Positions 16,555 through 25,326 of a stretch of 43,894 nt of DNA are shown here, in pieces (position 1 is the stretch's first letter; each line of letters starts with the position of its first letter). Source of the DNA: a virus (Duplodnaviria; Caudoviricetes). The stretch spans positions 1-43,894 of the IMG/VR virus record IMGVR_UViG_3300027323_000003. One strand, 5' to 3'. A model generated the notes under the pieces. That model did no database searches. It saw only the letters and a program-made list of their open reading frames with translations, and was not told where the DNA came from. The position numbers and the translations under genes are program-made.

Positions 16555-16836
16555 ATGGCAAACACCTACAACTCCACCATCTCCCGCTGGTCGCGCATTA
16601 GCACCGCGCTGCGCCTGTTCGCCGTGTCGATCGCCACTGCGGTGACCGACTTTGCCCGCTACGTCGTGCGCCATGTCGTCGGCTGGGTGCGTCGCGCCGC
16701 CGGTCGCCCGTATCTGGCTCTGGCCGAGCGTGAGCCGCTGGCCGGCCTGAACGCCCGCGAGTCGTTCCACCTGCGCGCCGCCAAGCGTGGCCGCCCGACG
16801 GTGATGCCGCGCTGGCGCATGTGCGCATCGGTTTAA
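16555..16836 (+). CDS. Basic phage hypothetical protein (93 aa)
   Basis: MANTYNST...RPTVMPRWRMCASV; GC3-rich codons. Confidence 0.55.
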   Translation: MANTYNSTISRWSRISTALRLFAVSIATAVTDFARYVVRHVVGWVRRAAGRPYLALAEREPLAGLNARESFHLRAAKRGRPTVMPRWRMCASV

Positions 16837-16854
16837 GCCTTTCAGCAGTACCTG

Positions 16855-17038
16855 GCTCCTACGGGAGCCTTCTCAGCCAAGCGGGCAGCGCCGACGAGGT
16901 CGGATGATCGGGTTCCGTGCGAGCCAACGACTCGCCCGCTTGGCTGAGGGAATGCGCAGGCTGATGCGCCAGGGAGCATACGCACCTCAAACGCTCCGTC
17001 ATTCCGAGGTGCATGCCGGAGATCAGCGCCGGCCCCCA
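16855..17038 (+). ncRNA. Candidate structured ncRNA(s) upstream of the tRNA
   Basis: 15-bp perfect stem 16872-16886/16934-16948; three-hairpin unit 16948-17036 with complementary loops. Confidence 0.5.
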
Positions 17039-17045
17039 ATTCTTT

Positions 17046-17121
17046 GGCGGTGTAGCTCAGACGGTAGAGCGATGGGCTCATAACCCATAGGTCGGTGGTT
17101 CGAGTCCACCTGCCGCAACCA
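17046..17121 (+). tRNA. tRNA-Met(CAT), initiator-like
   Basis: 76-nt cloverleaf, CAT anticodon, GGG/CCC anticodon stem, 1:72 mismatch, GTTCGAG T-loop, encoded CCA. Confidence 0.93.
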
Positions 17122-17151
17122 GTGTCTCCATCCACACTCCCTGTGGACTTT

Positions 17152-17179
17152 GCCCGCCCAGTGCGGGCTTTCTTCTTCT
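17152..17179 (+). terminator. Intrinsic terminator after tRNA
   Basis: GCCCGC-N5-GCGGGC then TTTCTTCTT. Confidence 0.6.
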
Positions 17180-17329
17180 GGGATCTTGGCTCTGTCGAGA
17201 TCACCCCCGGCCGGCGGTGGGGCAAAACACCGGCAGCCGCCGACGTAACGTAAGCCAGTCTCCTCCCTGCTCTGCGGTGCAGGTCCTCGATGGCGACGGG
17301 CGGCGGCAACACCCCTCTCTGGATCGAAT

Positions 17330-17863
17330 ATGGGCCGCAAGTCGAAATTAAGCGATGCCCAGTGGGAGGACATAGGCAAGCGCCTCGCTTCCGGCGAATC
17401 CACATCGGCGCTCGCCAAAGAGTTCGGGGTAAGCAAGTCGGTCATTTCCACACGGTTTTCAAAACGTACGGAAACGATAAAAGCCGTTGCTAATCAACTG
17501 TTTGAGGCCGAATCGGCTTTTGACAAGCTCGGCATTTCTGAACAGATTTCCGCCCGTTCGCTTGCGGATGAGCTGAAAGCCGTGTCTGCCCATCTGGCAG
17601 GTGCTGCCAAGTTCGGTGCAATGACCGCGCATCGGCTCGCCGGTATTGCCCACGGCCAGGTGCACGGCATCGATGACGCTCAGCCAGAGAAGTCGATGGA
17701 AGCTCTGCAGCGCATTGGCGTCCTGACCAAGATGGCGAATGCCTCCAGCGAGATCGGGCTGAATCTGCTCCGGGCGAACAAGGATGCCATCGACAAGATG
17801 AACAAGCCGGAGACTGACAGCGCGCAGTTGCTCAAGGACATCGCCGAACACCTGCCTGACTGA
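17330..17863 (+). CDS. Terminase small subunit
   Basis: N-terminal HTH (LAKEFGVSKSVIS); directly upstream of terL. Confidence 0.7.
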   Translation: MGRKSKLSDAQWEDIGKRLASGESTSALAKEFGVSKSVISTRFSKRTETIKAVANQLFEAESAFDKLGISEQISARSLADELKAVSAHLAGAAKFGAMTAHRLAGIAHGQVHGIDDAQPEKSMEALQRIGVLTKMANASSEIGLNLLRANKDAIDKMNKPETDSAQLLKDIAEHLPD

Positions 17864-19191
17864 TGACTCTCAGCCTCCAGACAAAGCGAGAGCTTGAGCG
17901 CTGGTACAAGCTGATCGATCACCCGGTCCAGACGGATCTGATCCACGCGGTGGCAAACGGCGTCCGGTTCCCGGTGGTTCCTGCTGGCCGCCGCTCTGGC
18001 AAGACCGAGCGCGCCAAGCGTTTCGTGGCCAAGATGGCCATGAAGAACCCGGGCGAGATGTACTTCATTGCTGCGCCGACGCGCGACCAGGTGAAGAAGA
18101 TCTACTGGGCCGACATGAAGCGGCTCTGCCTGACCAGCCTGTGCAGCAAGCCGCCGTCAGAGACCGAGCTGACGATCTTCATGGATAACGGCACGCAGGT
18201 GCAGTTGATCGGGCTGGACCGCCCCGAGCGTATCGAGGGCGTGTTCTGGTCGGGCGGCGTGATCGATGAGATCGCGGATATCCGCTCGGAAGCGTGGGAA
18301 GCTAACATCCGCCCCGCGCTCGATACGTTCAACCCGTCTCGTCCTGGATATCGGGCGTGGTGCTGGCTCATCGGTGTGCCTGATGGCCTGAACCACTATT
18401 ACGAGATGGCGCAGTACGCGGAGACTGCGAACGATCCTGACTGGAAGGTTTTCCACTGGAAGAGCTCGGAGATCCTGCCGGCCGAGACCATCACCGCGGC
18501 AAAGCGGCAGATGTCGGCAAAGCAGTACAAGCAGGAATACGAGGCCAGCTTCGAGACCGCCTCGGGGCGGATCTATGAGGACTACAGCAAGGACAACTAC
18601 ACGCTGGAGACGATCCAGCCGCACGAGCAGCTTCTCTGGTACCACGATTTCAACTTCACGCCGCTGTCGTCTGGCATTGGTGTGCGGCGTGCTGACTCGC
18701 TGTATCTGCTGGAGGAGATCATCCTCACGTCGGCGGTGGCGCGCCAATCTGCGCTTGAGTTCGTCGAGCGCTACAAAGAGCACCAGAACCGGAACGTGGT
18801 GATCTACGGCGATCCGGCGGGCAAGGCTGGCGAGAAGCATGGCCACGCCTCGGACTACACCGAGATGGAGAAGATCCTCCGCGAGCACGGCTGGAAGTTC
18901 ACGCGCAAGGTGAAGCCTGCCGCGCCGGCGATCAAGGACCGGCAGAACGCCGTGCGCGCCAAGATCAAGAACGCCTCCGGCCAGGTCTCGCTGTACGTGA
19001 ACGCCAAGCAGGCGCCGTACACGCACAAGGGCCTGGCGACGACGCAGCTCAAGGAAGGCTCGACGTTTCTGGAAGAAGAAACGGACTACCAGCACATCAC
19101 GACCGCGATCGGCTACATGGTCGATGTCGAGTTCCCGGCTCTGAGGCCGACGCCGACACACACAACGCACCTGCCACACATGGGCCGCTGA
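17863..19191 (+). CDS. terL: Terminase large subunit
   Basis: AGRRSGKT Walker A, GVIDE Walker B, QEYEASF, HDFN and YGDPAG nuclease motifs. Confidence 0.95.
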   Translation: MTLSLQTKRELERWYKLIDHPVQTDLIHAVANGVRFPVVPAGRRSGKTERAKRFVAKMAMKNPGEMYFIAAPTRDQVKKIYWADMKRLCLTSLCSKPPSETELTIFMDNGTQVQLIGLDRPERIEGVFWSGGVIDEIADIRSEAWEANIRPALDTFNPSRPGYRAWCWLIGVPDGLNHYYEMAQYAETANDPDWKVFHWKSSEILPAETITAAKRQMSAKQYKQEYEASFETASGRIYEDYSKDNYTLETIQPHEQLLWYHDFNFTPLSSGIGVRRADSLYLLEEIILTSAVARQSALEFVERYKEHQNRNVVIYGDPAGKAGEKHGHASDYTEMEKILREHGWKFTRKVKPAAPAIKDRQNAVRAKIKNASGQVSLYVNAKQAPYTHKGLATTQLKEGSTFLEEETDYQHITTAIGYMVDVEFPALRPTPTHTTHLPHMGR

Positions 19192-19192
19192 T

Positions 19193-20677
19193 ATGCCTGA
19201 CTTCAAGACCCTGCAGGCCACATACCAGCAGGACAAAGACTATCCGGAGCGCACGTTCCGACTGACTGCGCTGGCCCGCGTTCTCGATGGCACGCTGTAC
19301 GACGAGCTGAAGCACCCGTTCAGCGAAGAGAAGAACGGCGCCGGCGAGTACGTGCCGCTGGCTGACCGCCGCCCGTCGGCCCGCACGCGGATCTGCCGCA
19401 CCGTGGTGAATGACTCCGTGTCGCTGCTGTTCTCCGAGGGCCATTTCCCGGCCGTCGAGTGCGCCGACGAGGCCACGCGCGACGCGCTGACGAAGATCGC
19501 CAAGGAGACGCAGCTCAACCAGGTGATGATCGACGCGGCCACGACTGGCTCGGTTGGATCGGCCGCGGTGCTGCTGCGCGTGCTCAACGGCCGCGTGTTC
19601 TTCTCGGTGATGGCGACGGCCTATCTGACGCCGGAATGGCAGGCGGATGCGCCTGACACGCTGGCCAAGGTCACCGAGCGCTACAAGGTGCGCGGCAGCA
19701 CGCTGAAGGACGCCGGCTATCCCATCGCGGATGGCGACATCAGTACGGACTTCTGGTTCCAGCGCGTCTGGGATGCCAGCGCCGAGACCTGGTACCAGCC
19801 GCAGACGCTGAAGGACGCCAGCGACGGCAAAGAGCCTCTCGTCGACGCCCAACGGACCACCTCACACGGCCTCGGGTTCGTGCCCATCGCCTGGGTGCGC
19901 AACCTGCCCGGTGGCGACACGACGGACGGCTGCGCGACGTTCCCGGTCGAGGCGATCGACACGCAGATCGAGGCCGATTACCTGCTCAGCCAGGGCGGTC
20001 GCGGCCTGAAGTACCAGTCCGACCCGACGCTGCACGTCAAGGAGCCGGCGTTCAGTGACGAGGGCAACGCCAAGGTGGTGAAGGGCGCAGCGAATGCCAT
20101 CGTCACCAGCACCGAAGGCGACGCCAAGCTGCTGGAGATCAGCGGCGACGCGGCCAAGGCGGTGATGGACTGGGTCCGCGGCCTGCGCGAACTGGCGCTG
20201 GAAGGCGCCGGCGGCAACCGGGCGAACGCGGACAAGCTGTCTGCCGCCCAGTCTGGCCGGGCCATGGAGCTGATGAACCAGTCCCTGATCTGGCTGGCCG
20301 ACAAGCTGCGCATCAGCTACGGCGAGGGCGCGCTGCTGTCGCTGCTGGACATGGTGGTGCGGGCGTCGCAGAAATACCCGCTCAAGGACAAGAAGGGCCG
20401 CGAGATCGGCGAGCTGAACGCGACGGAAGACATCTCCCTGCGCTGGCCGCAGTGGTACGCGCCGACCTACGCCGACAAGTCGACGCAGGCGACCACGCTT
20501 GACGTGCTGCGCGGCGCTGGCCTGCTGTCGCGCGAGACCGCGGTGAAGTCGATCGCGCCGAGCTACGACATTGCCGACCCGGCCGACGAGATCCGCCAGA
20601 TCGAATCCGATCCGCCGCCGCCGAACAGCGTGGCCGCGAAGCCGGACAAGTCGCCGCTTTCGAAAGCCGATGATTAA
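19193..20677 (+). CDS. Portal protein
   Basis: 494 aa after terL; SGRAMEL, LLSRETAV motifs of SPP1-like portals. Confidence 0.85.
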   Translation: MPDFKTLQATYQQDKDYPERTFRLTALARVLDGTLYDELKHPFSEEKNGAGEYVPLADRRPSARTRICRTVVNDSVSLLFSEGHFPAVECADEATRDALTKIAKETQLNQVMIDAATTGSVGSAAVLLRVLNGRVFFSVMATAYLTPEWQADAPDTLAKVTERYKVRGSTLKDAGYPIADGDISTDFWFQRVWDASAETWYQPQTLKDASDGKEPLVDAQRTTSHGLGFVPIAWVRNLPGGDTTDGCATFPVEAIDTQIEADYLLSQGGRGLKYQSDPTLHVKEPAFSDEGNAKVVKGAANAIVTSTEGDAKLLEISGDAAKAVMDWVRGLRELALEGAGGNRANADKLSAAQSGRAMELMNQSLIWLADKLRISYGEGALLSLLDMVVRASQKYPLKDKKGREIGELNATEDISLRWPQWYAPTYADKSTQATTLDVLRGAGLLSRETAVKSIAPSYDIADPADEIRQIESDPPPPNSVAAKPDKSPLSKADD

Positions 20678-20746
20678 CCGCCGGGCCTGGTGCCCGGCGA
20701 TCTGTAACCCCCGCCCTGATGGCGGGCTTTGACTTCTGGAGGCCTG

Positions 20747-21025
20747 ATGGCTGACCTGCCGCAAGACATTCACTTGGGGAATGTCGCTCCCGCGATTTGC
20801 CACAAGCTCAGCGTTGCTGGCTGTGTGGTGCTGACGCTCAACCACGATGGAACCATTGGCATGGCTGGCCACGGTGTCAACCACGCCAAGGCCAACGAGC
20901 TGCTGTCCGTCGGCATCCACATGAACCTCACGCAGATGGAGAACGCCATTGCCGCTGGTGCGGCTGGCGAGGAAGCTCAGGAACAAGAGCTCCGTCTGCG
21001 CAGCCAGCGTAAGGAGGCCGCATGA
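20747..21025 (+). CDS. Phage hypothetical protein
   Basis: GGAGG RBS; 92 aa between portal and scaffold. Confidence 0.6.
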   Translation: MADLPQDIHLGNVAPAICHKLSVAGCVVLTLNHDGTIGMAGHGVNHAKANELLSVGIHMNLTQMENAIAAGAAGEEAQEQELRLRSQRKEAA

Positions 21026-21633
21026 AGGGGCGCGCACTGAGCCATCTGATGCGCGGCCTGATGAGCCGCTACATGGCCCCGGACCCTGAACCGAGCGGCG
21101 GCGGTGGCGGCGGCGGTGGCAACCCTCCGGCGCCCGCACCGGCCCCAGCGCCGCGTGAGCCCGAGACGTTCTCGAAGGAGTACGTCCGCGAGCTGCGCGG
21201 CGAGAACGCTGGCTACCGGCTGAAGTACCAGGAATCCGAGGCCAAGGCCAAGACCGCCGAGGAAAATGCCGCCAAGGCCGCAAAGGACGCCGACGACAGG
21301 GTCGCGGCCGCCAATAGTGCCGCCGACCAGCGCGTCATCCGCGCCGAGCTGAAGGCCGCCGCCCTGAAGGCTGGCATGGTCGATCTCGACGGCCTGAAGC
21401 TGGCCGACCTGTCGGGCGTGAAGCTCAACGCGGAAACCGGCGAGGTCGAAGGCGCCGAAGCGCTGATGGAAGCGCTCAAGAAGTCAAAGCCATACCTGTT
21501 CGGTGCCACCGGCACCAGCACGCCTGGCAACCCGCCCTCGCCGAAGACTCCCGAGGCCAAGAAGGCCACGGAGATGACCGACGAGGAATACCAACAAGCC
21601 AAGGCCGCGCTCCTTCGGGGTGGCCGCCGCTAA
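21022..21633 (+). CDS. Capsid scaffolding protein
   Basis: FSKEYVRELRGENAGYR coiled coil, KPYLFG; precedes major capsid gene. Confidence 0.8.
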   Translation: MKGRALSHLMRGLMSRYMAPDPEPSGGGGGGGGNPPAPAPAPAPREPETFSKEYVRELRGENAGYRLKYQESEAKAKTAEENAAKAAKDADDRVAAANSAADQRVIRAELKAAALKAGMVDLDGLKLADLSGVKLNAETGEVEGAEALMEALKKSKPYLFGATGTSTPGNPPSPKTPEAKKATEMTDEEYQQAKAALLRGGRR

Positions 21634-21733
21634 GCAGTAACGCAGTGCCTCGCGCTTCGGCGCGGGGAAGCTCACCGGGGCCAGACGCCCATGGAGCTGA
21701 CAACTCAACGTCAACCTTCATGGAGTCTGCCTC

Positions 21734-23062
21734 ATGGGCATTCAGAACTTCCCGGCCTCCCTGCAGCCGATCATCCAGCAGAACTTCCTGCAACGTGAGT
21801 TTCAGGATGGCATCCAATCGATCCTCGGCTTCCGTGAGATCGCCCGCCGCGAGCCTTTCCCGAACAAGATTGGTGAAACCGTCACCAAGACCCGTCCGGG
21901 CCTGAAGGCGCCCGTCACCACCCCCATCACGCCGTCGACGAACACCAACCTCGACAACGGCATGACCCCGTCCACCTGGACTGTCGAGCAGTACACGTTG
22001 TCGATCAACATGTACGGCGACACCATCGACCTGAACACGGTCACTGCCGGTGTCGGCATCGCCAGTCAGTTCCTCCAGAACGCCAAGACCAACGGCGTCC
22101 AGTCAGCCCAATCGCTTGACCGTCTGGCCCGCAATGCGCTGTTCAATGCCTACATGGGCGGCAACACGCGCGTGCGCACCACGCTGGGCGCGCCGGCAGC
22201 TACCATCAGCGTCGACGACGTCCGTGGCTTCCAGCAGGTGTTCGTGAACGGCCAGCTGACCGCTGTGTCCGGCACCAACACCATGCAGGTCACGGTGGGA
22301 TCGAACGTCTACACCCTGAACGGTGTGGCTGTCGACGGTTCGAACGTCTCGACCGCGCCTGGCGGCATTTCCGGTACGCTGACCTTCTCGGGTAACGTGA
22401 CCGTCGCCGACGGCACGGCCGGCAACACCGTGACCGCCTACAACGGCGGCGCTGGTGTCGCTCCGTTCATCCTGCGCCCGAACGGCCGCGGTAACACCTC
22501 GGCCATTGTCGGTACCGACCTGCTCACCATGGGCAGCGTGCTGGATGGCGTGGCCTACCTGCGCCGCAACGGTGTGCCGACGGTCAACGGCATGTACAAC
22601 TTCTACCTCGACCCGGTCTCGGCCCGGCAGTTCTTCGCCGACCCCGACTTCAAGCAGCTCTTCCAAGGCGCCACTGCGGCTGCCAAGGAGTTCCGCATGG
22701 GTCGCGTGGTTGAGCTGGTCGACGTGCGCTGCATCCCAACCACCGAGGCCTACGTGCAGGCGCTGGGCGGCGTGACCGTGCGTCGCCCGATCCTGGTTGG
22801 CGCTGAAGCGCTCGTCGAAGGTGACTTCGAGAACATGGGCAAGGAAGAAACGCCCAACGACAACGCCGTCATCGACATCGTCGACGACATCGTGCACGTC
22901 ACTCGCGAGCCGCTGGACCGCCTGCAGCAGATCATCGCCCAGTCGTGGTACTGGATCGGCGGCTTCACGGCTCCGACCGACCAGACCGTCAACACCAACA
23001 TCGTCCCGACCGCCAGCGCGTCGTACTACAAGCGCGCCGTCGTGTTCGAGCACGCCGGCTGA
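21734..23062 (+). CDS. Major capsid protein
   Basis: 442 aa, strongly biased codons, after scaffold; EPLDRLQQIIAQSWY. Confidence 0.85.
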   Translation: MGIQNFPASLQPIIQQNFLQREFQDGIQSILGFREIARREPFPNKIGETVTKTRPGLKAPVTTPITPSTNTNLDNGMTPSTWTVEQYTLSINMYGDTIDLNTVTAGVGIASQFLQNAKTNGVQSAQSLDRLARNALFNAYMGGNTRVRTTLGAPAATISVDDVRGFQQVFVNGQLTAVSGTNTMQVTVGSNVYTLNGVAVDGSNVSTAPGGISGTLTFSGNVTVADGTAGNTVTAYNGGAGVAPFILRPNGRGNTSAIVGTDLLTMGSVLDGVAYLRRNGVPTVNGMYNFYLDPVSARQFFADPDFKQLFQGATAAAKEFRMGRVVELVDVRCIPTTEAYVQALGGVTVRRPILVGAEALVEGDFENMGKEETPNDNAVIDIVDDIVHVTREPLDRLQQIIAQSWYWIGGFTAPTDQTVNTNIVPTASASYYKRAVVFEHAG

Positions 23063-23109
23063 TCGTTGCTGGTAACGGCGAGGGCTTCGGCCCTCGTCCC
23101 CTGGAGGTC

Positions 23110-23352
23110 ATGATGTCCGATTCCTACGGCAACCCAAATTCCATCCCGCACGCGGTCGGCAACGGCCAGTTGCAGGAACTGACCCCCGCGCAGCTCAGCA
23201 CGAAGTACGGCGCTGGCAACATCAAGACGCCGACGGCGAACTTCAACATCCCCTACAAGGGCACGCACCTGGTTGGCTACAAGGGCGTCCCCATCGTGTG
23301 TGATGCCGCGCTGCTGGCTGCCCTGACCGCCGCCGGAGCTCCGGTGTCCTGA
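23110..23352 (+). CDS. Small virion/head-associated protein
   Basis: GGAGG RBS, follows capsid gene. Confidence 0.65.
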   Translation: MMSDSYGNPNSIPHAVGNGQLQELTPAQLSTKYGAGNIKTPTANFNIPYKGTHLVGYKGVPIVCDAALLAALTAAGAPVS

Positions 23353-23353
23353 C

Positions 23354-23530
23354 ATGGCGAAACTGAAAGACGAACAGTCGGCGCTGCCGTCTTCCATCCT
23401 GCTCGATGAGTCGATCGGCTGGATGGAGAACGGCATCCTGCGCCAATTCCACGAAGGGCAGCACGTCACCAATCGGGCTGATATCGCTGCCCTGATTCAG
23501 CACGGCGCGCAATACCTGGAGCTGAAATGA
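23354..23530 (+). CDS. Small hypothetical protein (58 aa)
   Basis: MAKLKDEQ...; ATGA coupling; resembles 23844-24071. Confidence 0.6.
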   Translation: MAKLKDEQSALPSSILLDESIGWMENGILRQFHEGQHVTNRADIAALIQHGAQYLELK

Positions 23531-23835
23531 GCGATGGCGTCTACACCCGCCAAGGCAAGGGCTCGTACCTGAACATCGCCGCCGCGACGGTGGTGGCCAC
23601 GGTGCCTAAGGACTTCGCGCTCGGCCAATGCCGCCTTGTACGCGTCCAGGTGCTGGTGGCTGGCTCGGCCGGCGGCGCGGCCTATGACTCGGCGAGCCTG
23701 ACCGGCAACAGCGCGGCCAACCAAGTTGGCGCGTGGCCGAATACGGTCGGCTCGTATCTGATCGACATGCCCTGCCTGGCTGGCATTTGCATCGTTCCCG
23801 GTGCTGGCCAGACGGTGGCGGTTTCCTACGACTGA
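23527..23835 (+). CDS. Virion structural protein, beta-rich
   Basis: 102 aa in head module. Confidence 0.7.
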   Translation: MSDGVYTRQGKGSYLNIAAATVVATVPKDFALGQCRLVRVQVLVAGSAGGAAYDSASLTGNSAANQVGAWPNTVGSYLIDMPCLAGICIVPGAGQTVAVSYD

Positions 23836-23843
23836 GGTGAGAA

Positions 23844-24071
23844 ATGGACCAGAACACTGAACTGAACCAGCAGGGCGGCGAAGGCGCCGGCGTCCCAACC
23901 AAGCAGCCCGACGCCGCGCCGAAGAAGATGATCCTGCAGGCGCTGTACGGCTTCTACGACGACGCCGGCCGGCTCTGGCAGTGGGTGGAAGGGCAGATCG
24001 TCGACGATGTCGAGCACATCAAGATGCTCGTCGAGCGCAAGGCTCCGGCCGTGGAGCACAAGGAAGACTGA
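23844..24071 (+). CDS. Small hypothetical protein
   Basis: GAGGTG RBS; 75 aa. Confidence 0.65.
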   Translation: MDQNTELNQQGGEGAGVPTKQPDAAPKKMILQALYGFYDDAGRLWQWVEGQIVDDVEHIKMLVERKAPAVEHKED

Positions 24072-24073
24072 CC

Positions 24074-24460
24074 ATGGCATTCACTACCGCCGAGAAGGTC
24101 GATATCCGCCGGCACTGCGGTTACCCGATGTACGGCGGTACGCCATCGTCATTCCAGTCCTACCGCTTCTTCACCGCCTACGGCACCCTCGAATACCGCA
24201 TGAACAACATGCTGGCCGAGGAAGAGGCGGTGGTGCGCACGACGTACCTGGCCAACCTGACCACGCTGGAGACTGCCATCCCCGCCGCTGGCACGAATCT
24301 GGACACGGATCAGGCGGCGGTCTGGACGCACAACAAGAACGAGGTGCGCGATCGCGCGACGCTGTTCAACAAGTGGCGCCGTGATCTTTGCTCCTTCATC
24401 GGCGTGCCGCCCGGGCCCGGCCTCGGCGGTGGTGAAGGATCGGTTCAGCTGGTGGTGTAA
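24074..24460 (+). CDS. Putative head-tail adaptor
   Basis: MAFTTAEKVDIRRHCGYP; 128 aa; position. Confidence 0.6.
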   Translation: MAFTTAEKVDIRRHCGYPMYGGTPSSFQSYRFFTAYGTLEYRMNNMLAEEEAVVRTTYLANLTTLETAIPAAGTNLDTDQAAVWTHNKNEVRDRATLFNKWRRDLCSFIGVPPGPGLGGGEGSVQLVV

Positions 24461-25105
24461 ATGGACGGCACAACGCTCAACTCCCGCGTATGGGCCGGCT
24501 ACGCCAAGGCGGCCAAGTACATCGGCACGACCTACCAGCATTACCGGCCAAACGGTCCGAACTCGCCGCTCGCCGCCGGCAATCGCCTGGCCGACATGCC
24601 GGTCAGCCTGAACGCCGAGGATCCGCGCTTCGCGCGCCCGAACGTGTATGGCAAGGCGACCTGGTATGCGGTCGCGGACGGCGCGCAGTTGCAGGTCGGC
24701 GACTACATCGTCGGCGTCGAGGGCACGCTATTCGTCGCAGCGCTGCAGCAGTTGCTTCCGATCTTCATGGTCGACTGCAACCGCACCGTGTCGCTCCTGC
24801 GGCCGGCACAGCAGTCTGGTGTCGGCGCTCAGGGATATGGCGGGGACACCACGGCCACCGAGTTGCCGCTGATGACTGGCTGGCCGGCGAGCGTCCTTCA
24901 GGGCACCAAGGGCGAGCGCAACGATGTGGGCCTGCCGGGCGACGTGAAAACACCGTGGTGGATCGTTCTTCTGCCGCAATGGGCTGGCGTGACGCTCCGG
25001 ACGTCCGACATCATCACCGACGATCTTGGCCGTCGCTACGTGATCTCCAGCGCTGAGCTGACCGATCTGGGATGGCGCCTGACTGCAATGCAAGCGCAAA
25101 CGTGA
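24461..25105 (+). CDS. Putative head closure/neck protein
   Basis: 214 aa; DIITDDLGRRYVISSAELTDLGWRL; position. Confidence 0.6.
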   Translation: MDGTTLNSRVWAGYAKAAKYIGTTYQHYRPNGPNSPLAAGNRLADMPVSLNAEDPRFARPNVYGKATWYAVADGAQLQVGDYIVGVEGTLFVAALQQLLPIFMVDCNRTVSLLRPAQQSGVGAQGYGGDTTATELPLMTGWPASVLQGTKGERNDVGLPGDVKTPWWIVLLPQWAGVTLRTSDIITDDLGRRYVISSAELTDLGWRLTAMQAQT

Positions 25106-25116
25106 CAGGAGACGCA

Positions 25117-25326
25117 ATGTCGAGCGGCAGATACAAGATCATCAGCGACGGCACTGCGACGGGCACGCATCTGTTCGATCCGGACGGCAAGGACATCACG
25201 CGTCATTGCACTTCCATCGAATGGAAGGTCGAGGCCGATGGCTTTGGCATTGCCACTGTGAAGTACAGCTTCGTCGATGTGAACGTCGAGGCTGTGTTGG
25301 AAGTCGAGGTCGGTGAGGATGGCTGA
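25117..25326 (+). CDS. Small hypothetical protein (69 aa)
   Basis: AGGAG RBS; overlaps next start. Confidence 0.55.
   Translation: MSSGRYKIISDGTATGTHLFDPDGKDITRHCTSIEWKVEADGFGIATVKYSFVDVNVEAVLEVEVGEDG

Noticed and set aside
16842-17451. Minus-strand ORFs across the tRNA region
   Set aside because: Overlap the tRNA and structured RNA; no protein features
21095-21152. GGC and Pro-Ala repeats in scaffold (also 4525-4565 in the nuclease)
   Set aside because: Low-complexity coding linkers, not independent repeat elements
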